From assembly GCF_036321535.1 (NCBI RefSeq), contig NC_087436.1, forward strand, positions 434,001 to 498,000: a DNA stretch of 64,000 nucleotides. Reading direction: 5' to 3'. Source of the stretch: Camelus dromedarius (lineage: Eukaryota). Below are positions 13,201 through 27,810 of this stretch, piece after piece. The stretch's first letter is position 1; every line of letters starts with the position of its first letter. The position numbers and the translations under genes were made by a program. The notes beneath the pieces were generated by a model. The model worked only from the letters and a program-made list of their open reading frames with translations. It was not told where the DNA came from and did not search any database.

Positions 13201-14834
13201 AATCTGAGGTATTTTATTTAAAATTTACATATAAAATATCTTAATTTTTAGGACCGTCCTAGGAGACGGGTGCTGTTGTTATCCCCAGTCTATGGATAGG
13301 AGGCTGAGATGCAGAAAATTTCACTGACTTATGAGTGTCAAAGCTACCCAGTGCTGTGGGAGTTCAGAGCCTCATGATTGTCCCCAAGCATCTGTGCTCT
13401 TCACCACCATGCTCCACTACTGCCTGGAATCGTTAATGAAAAAGTCTTTCATTTTTTGGTTTCTTGTTTGTTTGTTTTCTCATTGGGAACCTCATCTCCT
13501 CATTTTCCTTTCGGATATCAGTGTAGGTTTATTTTAGGTCTCATGTAGGCAGAAGAATTGCTATCATTTTACTTCTTTATTACTCACTCTCCGGTGATGA
13601 TTGTTGCTATTTGACCTAATCAAGTCATGCTTAAGTCTTTCCTGCTCATGACACTGAAAGGAGTCATGACTTACAGAATGCTCAGAGAAGAAAATAATTG
13701 ATTGATTTTATTTTGCTACCCAATCAAACCAATCAAATAAAAACCCCGGTGTTGACGCAGACGGTAAGCCCTCCAGAATAGGGTCACTGTCTTCCTTGTG
13801 TTTCGTTTGTTTGGTCACAGTGTCTGGATAGTGACTTGCTGTCCAGCAATTTTGTGAGGATACGATGTTCGTGAATCATTGTAAGGACAGAATTTTGACA
13901 ACAGACTGTATTGGTCATTTCACGAGGGAAAAGATAATATAGAAATACTGCTCAGATCTATTTTAAAATTAAGTTTGGAATGTTGAGAAGAGTTCAAGAA
14001 ACCATACAAAGATCTTTTTCACTTATTTTAGATCTATCTTAGGCATATTATGATTACATAGCAGAGTAACTTATCAACTAGATTTGACTAGAGGGGTGTA
14101 TTATTGATTATTTGTTTTAGTTGAAATATTCTACCTGGGAAAAAGTAATCAGTGCCCATAAATGAACAAATATGTTTGTATTTCTATGTAACATGGGAGC
14201 AGACTTCATATGTTTCTATATAATATATATGACTGTGTGTTTTAATCTTTCTGTCAGTGTATTTATAGTTTTTCTGCAATGTTCTAACTTAAGAATTCTT
14301 CTAAGAAAATCACCCCCGATTCTAGTGCAGTTTGTACTGTGTATCCTGTCTTATGCATGGGATTCCACTGTCTCCTCAGTGAGGAATTTCCTCCCCTACT
14401 GAGGTAGTAGCAGAGTTAAAGGAACTGTGATTTCTAGGCCTTTGCTCTCCATGTGTTTGCATTTGGCTGTCAATCGCGATTTTCCCTTTCTTGAATTTTC
14501 ATTGTTCAATTAGAATTTTTGAAAATAAGTGTTAATATGTTGTATTTGTCTCCCTAGAAACTTGATGTGTTTGTGCTTTTCAGTTTTCAATTTCTTAAAA
14601 ATGTAAATGCACTCGTTTTTAAGTAGTCCTTTTTCACTAGATATTTGTTTACCTCTTTATAGTTAAAATATATTATTTCCAATGAATGAATCGGTGTGCA
14701 TGTTTTAAAAGATACCTTACTTTTTATTTTCCTTATTATAACAATTATATTCATTCTAGAGAATTTAGAAAATAAGGATAAACACAGTAATAACTTAAAA
14801 ATGGCCTCTAATCTCACCTAGAGATACAGTTGTA

Positions 14835-15125
14835 AAGTTTCAAATTGAGAATTACAAGTCCTCTCATGTTGTTCTTCTTTTTCAAGATCGTTTTGGTTAC
14901 TGAGACCCTCGAATTCCCATATGAATTATAACAGCAGCTAATCAGTTTTTGCAGAGGAGCCCACTGGGATTGTGATCGAGAACACGTAGAATATACGGAT
15001 CACTCTGGGGAGCACTGCCATTCCAAGAGCACTGTCTTCTGATCCAGGAATGTACGTGGCGTGTCTGTCCAGGTATTTAGGCCTTCTTTAATTTTTTTTC
15101 AGCAATGCTTTGAGTTTACAGAATA
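14835..15125 (-). mobile_element. L1 ORF2 fragment
   Basis: gttcttctttttcaagatcgttttgg..catatgaatt..ctgggattgtgat matches the same ORF2 segment seen at 42309-42530. Confidence 0.8.
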
Positions 15126-17552
15126 TTATTTTACTTTTTTTCTTTGCCTTTATACTGAGGACAAGTGTGCAAGGTACCGGGATCAGAAGTGTATTTTAGC
15201 CCCGCCCCTTGCTGCCAACATGGTCGCTGCGCTCTTGCTTTGCCTTGTGTACAATCTTGCACAAAATAGGACCTCAGTAACTCTCTCTTGAATGAATGAT
15301 TATATGATTGAAGGATGATGCTTGAGAGTCCTTGTGATGATTTTTTCCTCCAGCCTTTCCCCAATTCTTAACTATGCCCTTTCTCTTCCTAAACTCCAGC
15401 CTGGTTTTCAACCTGCCTGTGACATTGATTTTCCCTGTCTGTAGACTCTTCCTTTCACTGGTTCACGATAATGTTACATGTGGGCTGTGGAAACTTGCTA
15501 GATGTCAAGAAAGAGCAAATCCATTGCATGCTAGTATTTTTACAGTGTGGTATTTTTTATCGATTGAAATTAAATCAGGCTGACCCCCTGAGCCCTCCCG
15601 TGAGCTCTTTTCACTTTCCTACATCTGATACTGCTCTGGTTGCTACATGTGCCCTTCCCCCAGCCTTGGTTTTTGGGTTGAGTAAGTCATCATCAGTGGA
15701 CCCCTCTCTTTAAAAGATGAAGAGAACATTGTCTCCTTCTCCCTGGTTGGGGACTTGGATGAGATGAGATACCAGATAAAGAATGGAGCTCCACCTCATT
15801 CTGACCCCCGCTCTTTCCGTTCTTTTCTCCAGAGGAAAAGAGTACAATTCAACAGTATAAAGATTGATTGTGAGCTAATGAGATAGACAAGACAACCGAA
15901 AATTTATTAAATATCCTTTCATGGCAGAAACAAATGTATTATACAAACAAAAAGCACATAAAGCATGGTAGTACTGTGGTTACAAACATGGGTCTGAGAT
16001 CGAGTCCTGCTCTGGAGTGACCAGTCCTGTGAGATGGAGAACTGGTAGGTCGGCTTAGGCTCTCCAGGACTGGTTTTCTGTCCTGCAGAGATGGGGCTCG
16101 CTAGGCTTCCCTCCCCCTTAGAGGTGCTGTGGGGTGTAACTGTCACGCGTGCACAACTGCTCGTTCCTCGTAAGTGCAGGATAGCATAGATTTTGCGGTG
16201 ATGGCTTTATGACCGCCCCGTGTAGACTCTCAGTGCTCCAAAGGGATGCCTTGTGGTTTGGAGATGGGATTCTCATTTCTGTAAATACCCAAGGATTGTG
16301 GTATTGGGCCCTGCTGATTTGAATCTATTCTTTAGAAAGTACATATTGTAGATATATTTTTCAAGCATGTGTGCTTTATTTCTTTTATTATTTATAGTTC
16401 TACCCTCTCATCTCTTGGTGTGACTTTTCATGGAATCCAGGAAACAGTCCTAAGCTACCTGCCTCTTCACTCTTCTCCGTGGTGGTTTTCTTCCCTGACT
16501 AGAAGAGGGTTTTGCACAGGAAATTTTATTTGTTCCCCTTTTCCTGGAGTCTCTCTTTTGGTCTGCCCATCTCTCACCTGTTCATCTGTCCATTTATCTA
16601 CCCACTCATTCTTCTGACTTGTTCCAAAAAGCATTTCAGGCAGCTTACAGAAGAACAGATACCAAATAAACAGGTTAGAAAATTGGGCCAAGTTCAAACT
16701 GTGAGGCTAGGAGGCGAGCCTGTGTGATGGTTGCAGCCATGAGACACACGCCTCTGCCCTGTGACTTATAAGATCGACAGCATGAGTGTACCTGATGCTC
16801 CCAGCAGACACAGGGTAACAGGGTTTGTGGGAGATGCTCACTGGCTGTGAAATAAATAAGTGGCTCAGGAGAAGCCCAACCTTTCCAGCTACAAAGGCTT
16901 AGGAGAATATTTTGAGTGTCTTCCAAAATCAGGGTATTGCATTGTTTCTTTTGTCAGAGTTCTACGTATAGTTGGTTACATTCTATACCTGGAAATTTCT
17001 CCAGAACTTCTTACCAAGTGAGTGCCATTGCTCGGGAATGAGGTGGTTCTGCTCATTGACAGGGGTTGGCCAGAAACCGAAAATGACAGCTTCAAAGGAG
17101 CCTGGGATTTGTCAGTTATGTTTTGTCAGTGCTGTAGATTTCAGGAAATGCTTTCACACTTTCTCTCCATCTGAGGCGGCAGCGTGCTCTCTTAGCAGCA
17201 TCAGGAGCTCAGAGCCACGGGATGTTGGGGGCGGACTGCACTGCCGTCAAGACAGCCAAGCTAGTCACTGCAGGCGTGGTCCTTTCACATAGTGCATTTC
17301 ATGTTCTATAGTAGAAGGTTTCAACAGGGAGTTAATTAACTGAGTTAATTAACATTTAATAAATATGAAGCTTTGATGAAAAGTCTGTTATAGGCAGAAT
17401 ATAAGTTGTGAACACTTTGAAAACGGTTTCATTACAGAAATTTCAGTAGGGAAGATAAACAGTTTATCTTATTTATGCCTCTCTTTTAAAGTAACACAGA
17501 AACAAGGCAGAAAAGGCAGAGGATGATTTCTGTTATTCCTCTCGGCTTGCAG

Positions 17553-17673
17553 GTGCCCTCACATCCAGTGGCATCCATCCAGACACCAACACTGACACTG
17601 GCCATGCTCAGAACTACCTCAGCCCTGAAGACACAAGTGACAAATAGAAGGGGGCAGCGCCCTGTTACAGAAG
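17553..17673 (+). pseudogene. TRAPPC9: TRAPPC9-like exon (exon 6 equivalent), 121 nt, in-frame TAG at 17645-17647 and 1-nt deletion near the 3' end
   Basis: ttgcag|GTGCCCTC...TACAGAAG|gtgctc. Translates ALTSSGIHPDTNTDTGHAQNYLSPEDTSDK*KGAAPCY versus recalled human [38 protein letters not shown]. Confidence 0.9.
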
Positions 17674-18829
17674 GTGCTCTCACTTTGTGGGTCCTTATGT
17701 AACTGCGCGGTGTTAATCAGGATCGCCCGTTCTACATTGTGTGGCGCTGCTGCGGTGTCTCCTAGTTATTTGTTTCTGTAAGTACTCGTGTATTATTCTC
17801 CAATGTGTGTTACTACACATCTAAAAATGCTTTTTACAGATGAAAAATAATGTATATTTAATATAATAAGTCTGAAAAAAGGGACAAAAGAGGCTATCCA
17901 GGTCCCACTACTCAGAAATAATAATGAACACTTTAACATCTACTTTCTGTTCTTTTCATCAGTGTGTATCAGCTCTGTCATAAAAACCAGTGAGCACTCT
18001 GTGCCTGTTTACTGTGTGGAGACCTCCATTTTCCATTCGGCTTATTACATGTTTTTCTACAATATTCTATCTCCCCTGGCATGATTTTTAATGACCAGTA
18101 TAGCATTATGTCTTGTGGAGGCATTGTCCATTTTACTTCGGACTTAAATAAACTTTTAAATTCCAAGTGTACTTAACTGAAATACTGAAAAGAGAACTGT
18201 GGTGGTACCAAAAGAGCCCTACCTCCCTTCCCCTAATTTCCTGAGTGTAAAAGCTGTTGCCAATATGGTGTATATATTTCATGACCTTTATGCCTATGAC
18301 ATATATATATACCCATACATAGATACATACATACATATGAGAAATCTATGTATATGTGTGTATATATGCTTTTTTGAAAAATAAGGCCATACTATATGTT
18401 TTCTGCAGCTCGCTTTATTCACTCAGGGGTATATCATAGACGTCCTCCCACTCCAGACTCACCTGGTCCTTTCAGATAGACTGGAGGGGTCTCCTGATGT
18501 GCAGGTGTGGTCTCTTGTGCAAGGACACCATTGGTGGGAGAGTGCTGTGGACAAGGCCCTGGGCCACGGGGAAACGCCGGCCCCCTCAGTGCCCACAACT
18601 CGCCGTGATTTACCGCATCATTGTCTTGATGGTGGACACTTAAGTTTTCTCCATTTTCCACTGTCAGAAAGGATGTTTGACTGGCATCTTTCTTTAACAA
18701 ACATTCCTGTGATCTTGTATGAGCATGCCTTTAGTTAAGTCTTCTGGAAATTTAGTCCCTGGATGTGACATTTATGTTCATCACAGGCTACTTTCAAGTG
18801 ACTAGAAATTCCTTCTCCATTGTGGAATG

Positions 18830-20250
18830 AAAAATGTAGAATTACTTATGTAACCAATTCTCTATTGCTGGATATGATTTCACTTCAGCTTTTCTTCCCA
18901 CCAGTGTAACCACTACATCTATTTGAACTGATTTTTTTTCTAAACGAAACGATTCCTAGAAGTGGGGTTGAATCAGTGTGTACACACGTTTTCAGAGTTT
19001 ACATATCCATTGACATGTCATCCTCCAAAAAGGTCGCTCACAGTTTTTTCTCCCACAGATGGACACTAGCTACAATATCTTTTAAAAATATTTACCAATA
19101 AGATGAGCAAAAGTGCTTTTTCATTGTTTTAGTTTGCATTTGATGACCAGTGAGGTATTGAGCATTTTTCACTCATTAGCCATCTGACTTTTGAAAAGTG
19201 AATGATCCATTTTGTCCTTTGCACAAATTTAAGTGAGGAAGCTTCTTTTTGATTTGTGACAGCTCTTTGTATGTTATGAACATTAATCCCTTGTCTTCAT
19301 CAACATCTATCACAGAGTTTTTCCTTGTCATTTCTTTCGTTTCATTTTGTTCAGTAGGTTTATATTTGTTGTGGCTCAAAATATTCTTAAGATAGTAAAT
19401 GTCTTCCTTTTGGGTTTTATCTTTGTTATTATTCTTAGAAATACTTTCTTATAATGGTATAAATATCTTATGTAGGTTTATTTAATGTCTAAGATGGAGA
19501 TGATAATAGTACTTGTTATAGTGAGGAGAAGTTGAATTAATGTGAGCAATGAGTTGTATTTGCTGTTATTAGTATTTTAATATTTAAACCACTATCTGTA
19601 ATTTTTTTGTGGTCATTATGACAGGAATAGAATTTGTTCTTTCCAGGTGATTCTCTGATTGTCCCAGGACAATTATTGAATTCAGAATTTGCTCTTTGAT
19701 TTGAAATCCCACATGCACAAAATACTTATGTACACTAGAGTCTCTTTTTGAGCTCATGCTATATTTCTGTCAATCATACTTCCTTACTCCAGCGCCATAT
19801 CTTACATATTGTAAAAATTAATTATTATCTGACAGTGCGATATTTTTTTGTTCTTTTCTTCCATCCCAAACTTTCTTGGCTATTATTATGACTTTATTAT
19901 TCCTAAAGAATTCTAAAATATTTTGTTCAAGTTAAAAAAAAGTCAGATAAGAGTATTCATGGGATTTTTATTAAGTTTTGAATTATTTTTAGGAGAACTT
20001 CCATATTTACAAAACTGTTTTCCTCCATGCAATATGTTGATGTCTCTACATTCACACCTCTTATTTACCCCTCAGTACAGTCCTGTAGTTTCTCCATGTA
20101 CAACATGGGCATTAATTTTGAGTTTATTCCAGATTATTGTTGATGTTTTTCTTAATTTTTTAAGTGAGAATTTTTTGCTATTATATTTTTTAACTGTTTA
20201 AACTGACACCTAGGAAGGCAGATTCGGTTTGTAAATACTCACTTTGTAAC
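18830..20250 (-). mobile_element. Highly decayed old L1 (L1ME-like) fragments
   Basis: Scattered antisense L1 motifs (ttgttttagtttgcatt, agctctttgtatgttatgaacattaatccc, tttcttggctattatt). Confidence 0.55.
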
Positions 20251-21199
20251 AAATCATTTAAAATTGTAAGTATTAAGTAATTGTTCCAGGATCCTTTCTT
20301 TTGTGTTTTTAAATATTTGTTTCCAATATTATCAAAATGGTCATAGCTAAGAAGTATAGGTGTGGAGACTGATGGAGAGAGGTAGTGTGGCTCATGTACA
20401 AACTGTGAGCACTTTCATGGCTGCCTTTAGGCTGGAGAAGCCCCAGAAGAGCCCAGGTTAGACCAAGGGTGGCTTTGTATGCACTTGAAAGCCAGCTTTC
20501 CTACCTGTATGGTGAAGCCTGGTGGGCGTGGCAGGTAGATGATCAAGGTCTGATCAAGGTCATTGGCTGCACAGAGCACTGTGTCTGTGAGAACTGGAGT
20601 CCATCGCCATGGGAAATGCTTGGTGCCAGGAACACTGCAGGGGAGCTGGGGAGTCTGTTTGTTAAGGATTTCCCAGTCCTGGGAGTGGGAAGATCAGACT
20701 CTGCATTCAGATCTGAGTTTGAATTCATCCTCTCTTGTTTACTGGTCCTCTGACTTTTGTCAAGTTATCTACCCTCTTTGAACTCCTATTTTCTTATCTC
20801 TCAAAATAGGAGAATTACGGCCTGCTGCTAGAGTGTTTGATCAGGATAAATGATTTGTTTCTATAAGATGCCACGTACAGTCACAAGCTCAGTGAGAAAT
20901 GGGCTGTCACCTCTTCATCTGCAACTCAGTGCTCGACAGGACATCGGGGCAAAGCCAGTCCGTAATTTGTTTTTGATGCAAGTAGGAACAAAATTAATGT
21001 CTTGCCTTTCACTTGCAGTATCTTACTCCTTTGCTTCATTTACTTCTTTCCTCCTTTCCTTTCCCCTCCTCCACCAAAAGATCCTGAGACTCTCTCAGAA
21101 CACTTGATTCAAATTACTTTAAAGGGTGTCTCATCCTCATGAAATAACAGTAACTTAAAAAAAATCTGTACAGATCCCAGACGTCATTGTATTTGATTT

Positions 21200-21232
21200 A
21201 CACACACACACGCACACCCACCCACACACACA
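21200..21232. repeat. Imperfect (CA)n microsatellite
   Basis: acacacacacacgcacacccacccacacacaca. Confidence 0.85.
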
Positions 21233-22714
21233 ATCAGCCTACCTACCACTTGCTGAGGGAGAAGGACCAATTTTTCTGAGTTTTCATTCACTGAGCGTGA
21301 GAGCAAAGTCTCTTATGCAGACTTTCACCTTGCTTAGTGCATGGTGTTTTTAATTGGATTTCTGCTTTGTGGCCATAGAACTATTCTTATAAAAGAGAGG
21401 ATGTGGAGACATAGACATTCTGCTGAGATATTGGTGTCAAAATATTTGAGTTGGAAAGGACTTAGGACAGCATAGAGTCGTAACATTTTATGGGTGAGAA
21501 TCCATGATGGTGTAACTTGGACAAGAACCCGGGTCTTCTGTCTTCGTGTCCACGTGGATGAAGAGGCAACAGGGAGGGAGATGGCAGGGATCCTTCTTGC
21601 TTGAGTTCCAGGGTCTTGCTAGTTTTCATTGCTCAGCTGTCTTTAGTTTAGGTCCGTGTGGCCTCTCATGGGAAGGTCAATCTGTCCTGAAAGACTGAGT
21701 TTCTAATCAGCAAAAAGCCCTGGACCCACTCATATTTCCCAGAGTTTTTCTGCTGTCCTGCTGACAGTTTATATAAATGATACCTAAGAAACTACTGGAT
21801 ATAAAATCCTTATTGTTATCATTTGCCCTCAAGTTCCATAGGAATGGGGTGCTGTCTCAGGCTGTCTAAGGCTAGATCTGAACAAAGATAGGGTGATAGG
21901 CTGTGCTGCTGGACCCTCCCCAGTCGAAAGGGATTTCCACCTTAGTTTTTAGAATCAGACAGATGAGTTCAAATCTTGCCTTTACCAGTTATTAGTTTTG
22001 TGAACTTGGGGAAGAAACTGTACTTGTTTGTGTCCAATTTTCTTTATCTGTAAATAAGTTCAGTATTTATTTTAGGGTTTTTGTTTTAGAATTGAATGAG
22101 CTAATTTCCTCATTTATACCTAAAATACTGATCGCGTGGTTCTATGCTGGTGCCTTGGTAGAAGATTACTAAGGGACTCAGCAGTGAGAATGCAGGTGGG
22201 GGACCCCTGGATCATAGAGCTTATATTCCAGGATATGCTTGTAAAAAACTGGATGTGCAGTGGATTTTTAGTAAATGTCCATTCCTTTCCTTATCCACAT
22301 TGATTGTGTATATATCTTTGTACAATATATGAACAATTTTTTATTGCAATTTAAATATCTTTGTAGTATTTAAATTATGTAGCTATAACAAAATACGTGA
22401 AATAAAATGATTTGTCTTTTATTTTCTTTTCAATATGCAAAACAAAATAAAATAGAAAAGAAAAAAAGGTTTTGAAGGAGTAGAAATAATTTTATTTCTG
22501 TGGAATCAATTCCCTATGTTAGGTTTTTTAGTTGTGTTGTTAAACAGCATATAAAATTGATAGGTTGTGACTTCAGTGTTCATAGCTAGGTGAGTTTAGT
22601 TTCTTTTTGTGGTTGTCTTTGATGAATTATTTGAACTAGATCATAAATGATGTGAATGTTACATATTGGAAACGAGGAAAGAGTGGAGACATACTACCTC
22701 CAATGCAGTCATCT

Positions 22715-23253
22715 TGTTACCAAGTCGAAACTCGTACTGCTTGCTGTATGACAGGCCAATAAATCGGGAGATTGAGGTGTTGGAGCAAGGAATAGTGACT
22801 TTATTTGAAAAGCTGGCAGACCCAGAAGATGGCTGAATGACATGCTGGAGAACCGTCTCCCCCAAGTCAGAAATCAGTCCGCTTTTATACTAAAAAGGGG
22901 CGGGGATGTGGTTGGTTGTTGCAAACTTCTTGCGGTACGAATTGTTTCTCCTTGGAATTCTTTGTTCTTGCAGCTGTCCACGTGGGTCAAATCATGGTGC
23001 CCCTCTTAAACCTCCAAAAAAAACCAAAGTTGATTTTCTATTTTGCAACTTGCCATCTCAACATAAGTGCAGAAGAGTTAACATCGTGAAAGATCAGAGC
23101 CCGGAGAATAGGCTCTCCTGGATATTTCAGGCTAAAGGCAACTTTCTTTTACAAAAGGTACAGAGATACCAAGTCTGAGCCTAGAAAACAGCAAAGGTTT
23201 AAAGCCAAATGAACAGATCTAACATGCAGTCAAATTTATTCTTTTCTATTACA
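22715..23253 (-). mobile_element. Solo ERV1-type LTR (~539 bp)
   Basis: TG...CA termini, near-TSD atct/attt, and a minus-strand TATA (cttttata, ~22882) upstream of a minus-strand AATAAA (tttatt, ~22800). Confidence 0.8.
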
Positions 23254-24414
23254 ATTTCTTTTTCCACCACATAAATAATTTTAGTAAGAAACATGAGCAA
23301 TTTTTTTACTTTTGCTTCTTAGTAACGGATAAGTGGGCCAAATACATTTATGAGAGCAGGGATGCTGTGTGGGCATTGGGGTCACAGCAAACTCTTTTTG
23401 GGGGTGGTCGACTCTGCAACATGTCTGATGCCCCGTGGGTGTTGGTGAGGGACCCCATAACCAGGGGCTCTCTTCAGGAACCAGCATATGGGCATTGACC
23501 TCTGGAGACCTTTTTCAGCTGCCGGAAATTTTTTCAGATAATGTGACTGAAAAACCACTTCAGCTGGTGATAATTAGGGAATAAAGGAAGAGGAAAAGGG
23601 CTTGGATTAGATTAGAAGAGAAGGACAGAGTATCAGGGAACCTGGGGGCTTGGCAGTGGGTCCTTGGGAGAGAGGGGAGCAGAGGTGGGGAGGGGCACGG
23701 CTCTGGAACCAGCTCCTGCACCTGTCCCAGGGCCCAAGTCACACAGCTTTAAATTGGCCTAGGACGCTTTCCTGTCTGGATGTCACCCTGGGCAGAACCT
23801 TGAGAATCGAAGGTAAGGGGTGGGCAGCACTCACCTAGGGGATCACTGAGGACTTCGTTCAAGTCCACGGTGCCTTTTCTGGTCATGTGTCTTCACTTGC
23901 CCTTTATCTTAGGATCTGAGGAGCAGGAGCAAGGAACGCAGGGAGAGATTCAGGAAGACATCTGACTGTGTTAAGAGACGACAGTCACAGCCACACGGGG
24001 AGCGAGGACACTTGCAGCAAAGTAAAACGACTTCACAACTATTGCATCAGAGCTGCCGGTGTGAGAGAGCCTAAGCCTGTCTCAGAGTGCAGGGGACAAG
24101 TGGAAAGGAATGGTAAATTTCCACTGACAGTTGAAATTTTGTTAAATAGCCTGCTACTGTTGCTTGTATCACTTGAATGAATGCAGGCATATTTCTATGG
24201 GCATTTATATGTTCACTCAAAACCACCAGCCACTCTTGCCCCCATCGGGGATGGGCTTTCTCAAGCACAGTGTACCTCCTGCTTGGGTGGGCCATGCTGC
24301 GGGTCCTCGCCTGGGGCCGGGCTGCTACAAGGCACTGAGTCCCCGAGGCACGGCCTGCGAGACACGACAGGAACACCTCTGCTCTTGACTGAGGGCCTCC
24401 GTTTCCCCCTGCAG

Positions 24415-24538
24415 TGTAAGAATGCTGGTGACTGAGTTAGAAGCATGCTTCGAAGCTGTCCATGTCCTTGCCATCCAGAAGCGGAGCCTGGGAGCTACCG
24501 AATTTCTCCAGAATGCGGTTTACATTCATCTTCGACAG
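24415..24538 (+). pseudogene. TRAPPC9: TRAPPC9-like exon (exon 7 equivalent), 124 nt, 2-nt deletion near the 5' end
   Basis: ccctgcag|TGTAAGAATGCTGGTG...CTTCGACAG|gtgagt. Translates CKNA, then after the frameshift [37 protein letters not shown], versus recalled human [42 protein letters not shown]. Confidence 0.95.
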
Positions 24539-27500
24539 GTGAGTTTATGTCCTTTTACAATTGGAGGAATTACTGCAGTTTTCCTGGAACTTACTCACCA
24601 CTAGTCCATCTGATTTTTCTGTGCTTGGATTCAATATGGCATGCTAAAAATTCTGGAGTCAGATCTTGAAACCCTGATGAAGAGGATTATTTTATTTCTT
24701 TATATGATAGTATTTTACTTACAAAATTCAGAGTTTTCGGTTCTTTCAAAAATTTTTTGGGGGGTTGGAGAAACAACTTTGCTCTTACCATCTTTGTGAC
24801 CTGTTGCTTTGTGCCTCTCACCTGTCTTCTGTCACTTCTGAGGCGGTTCAAATTGTGACCCTGTCCGGGTTGTTCATGGTATAAAACATAAAGTCTGTAA
24901 AACTACAGTCCCATTTACTCCGAAGACATTCCAAAAATACTACTTAAATCTGGGTGTGGTTTTAAGAAGACAGAATCATTAGAACATGTACTTGCAGGTT
25001 GCTAGTGCAAAATCCCCAAATCAATAGTCTAGCACAACATCTAATATCTTTCTAATCTACCTTGGATTTGTATGGATAAGTGAAGCAGTTTGCTAAGAAC
25101 TCAAGACCAGGGTTAGAATACAGGCTGGTGTAGCTCAGCAGGTCCTCCCAAGCTGATGCTCTGCCAGAGGGCGGGTCCTAGGGGAGAGGGCGTGTCCTGC
25201 CCTCCCTGAGCTGACAATTTGATGGGCAAGACCTTCATCAGGTGAAGAACTTGACTTTCTTCTAAGAACAGTGGGTTTGAAATCAGTCCTAAAAGCGTGG
25301 GAGTGACACAATCCCATTTGTCTCAAGTAGGGGAGAGTGGCTTTGGGGCCACTTGGGAGACTCGTGAGTCCAAGTGGGCAGTGTTGGTGGCTTCCACTTG
25401 ACCGGTGGGATGGTCAGTGGGTAAAAGCGAACAGATTGAAGGCATGTTTAGATGGTAAAAAGGAAAGGATGAATGCTGTCTGTGAAGGTAGGATGGAGGA
25501 AGGAACAGGTTTCTGGGTGGATTAATGAGGTAAGTGATGATCCTGCTGTGCTCTGAGGAGGGAAAGCTGTAGAGGGAGTTCTGGGGGATAACTGATGAGT
25601 ACAGCTGTGGGTAAAGTGAAAGGCTGTTAGATGTGTGGTTTGGGAGCTCAGGTGAGAGCCAGTAGTGAGTAGGGGGAGGGGAGAGAGACTTTCAAATCAG
25701 TTTGTCTTGTGAACATACAAATAAGGATGAGTAATGACACACTTAAAACCTCTATATTCTGTATTTAAAGCCCAGTAACATTTTGCTATATTGACTGCAG
25801 AGGTTCTTAATTTTTTTTTTAAGAGAAATAAAATAAATAGAAACAAAATAGTGGAGATAATGAACATCTTAGAGTTGATGTGTGTCCTTGTATGTATTTT
25901 CATACCTCATCTGTTTATAACCATAATCTACAAATAGATCGCTTGCTTAGCATAAGAGTTAAACAGAGGGACGTGACACACAGTGTTGGGGCTTGAAGCT
26001 GATCTTCTCGGGCAAATTAAGTCACCTCTCTGTGCCTTAGTTGCATCATCTGTGACTTCCCCCGGGCCCCTCATCACAGCTGATTTCCTAGACTAGATGT
26101 TGGGAGGGAGGCTGCTGAAGGGAATAAGAAGTGGCAACTTCTAGGGATATTGAAGAGAGAGAAAAAAACAGATTAAAGCCGATAAACTGAGTAAAAATAC
26201 CCTCAAAAGAGAAAGAATCCCGCAGTGTTTTGAGCCCCTTAGCGTAAGGGAAACAAAATCAGGTAGACCCAAAACTCTTGAGCATGTGAGTATTGTGGGT
26301 GGGTGGGTGTCATCAGAAAAGGGTTGAGAAAAGGCCTTTTCATTTCCCTAGACGTTTCCAGTAAGGATGGGGAGCAGAAGAGAAAACCCCCTGCTTCACA
26401 GTGGAAGCTGCTGTTTTGTGCAAAACTGACCAAAGTTTGGAGACCAGTCATCAGCGGTGCTGGCAAATGAAGAGACTTCGGGATTGGGTGGGGCACTTGC
26501 TGCGACTTCCAGGTGACCTGCTGGCTGGGGGCTGTGAGGCGGGCAGTAGGTTTGCAGGGTGACCCGGGCATAATCCCTGGCTCTGAGGCTGCTGGTCTGA
26601 CTAGCAAACCTAGGCACCCGCAGTCCTAATGGGGCAGCTCGGGATGTGGCCTGGGACACCTGCTGAGCTGAGGGTGAGAAGAGGGCTTCCCTGAGGGGGT
26701 GTCATGCGGAGAGTGGGAACGTGTTCCTGCAGGGGAGGAAGAGCCTCTGAGCAGGGTGCTGGATGCACAGGCAAGACCAGCCTGAGCACGGAGGCTTCTG
26801 GGAGCCAGAAGTCATACAATGGCCCGAACCGCCTTGTTCCTGCGAGACTGCAGGGAAAAGATGCTGAAAAAGTAGGCAAGGGTCAGACCCTGTGGTGTTT
26901 TATGAGTGCCAGTAAAGGACTGGTCAGGCAGGCATGAGAGAACCCTGTGGGCGTCCCAGCTGGGGCGTCACGCCGGAGGGAGGAGCAGAGTTATAGACTT
27001 TGCCACTTATTAGCTGTGTGACTTTGAGCAAGATCACCCCACCTCTCTCTATATATATCTTCGTCTGTAAAGTGACAGAGTGACAAGCTCGTGTAATCAG
27101 AAGGCTTAGTTTAGCTCTGATCCTCTGTGTCCAGTCCTGTCAGTGCTGCCCTGTGAGGTTCTGCAGCGGCTGCTCTTACCCTGAGAAGGGAGGGCGTAGA
27201 GGGACATTGTAGTGCCCGAGGGCAGGAAGGGGTTGCTTTAAAAGCAGACATGTTGCCTCCTGAAGCTGCAGGCCTGCAGGCAGTTTGGTTGAAGGTCCTG
27301 CAGGGGACTTTGGAGGCCTTAGGTCGTGGAGAGTACTTTGGACGCCTTAGCTTTGTCTTAAGTCTTGTTTTCCCTTGCGGACCGGATTTGCCTTTGCAGA
27401 TTGATGCTGAAGATTTGGGCTTCTAGCAAATCTGTCTTCAGAGATGGGTATATACGTAAAATATCGTATAAAATAAAATGATTTATTTAACGTGTGGGAC

Positions 27501-27810
27501 TTCGCAGCTGTTGGGAACAGCTCTGTTTTCCTGGTTGTCACGGAGGACACCAAGGGTCAGCAGAGAGTGCGGGAAGTCAGGTAGCCTGCAGTGCTGCTGC
27601 GGGGTTTTCTCCCGAGTAGAGCACTCTGCTGAGTTGACTCCTCTGAGTTTCGTTGCCAGATGAGCAGACAGCAAATTAATGAGTTCTGGTGGGATTGTAT
27701 AATGTCAGGAAGAAAGAGGAAACCGTAGTTTTTCCAGAATAAAACAAGCTTTTGTTTCCTGATCCAGTGTGTTCCATTACAGAATTGATGAGTTGTGTCT
27801 ATTCTGGGAC

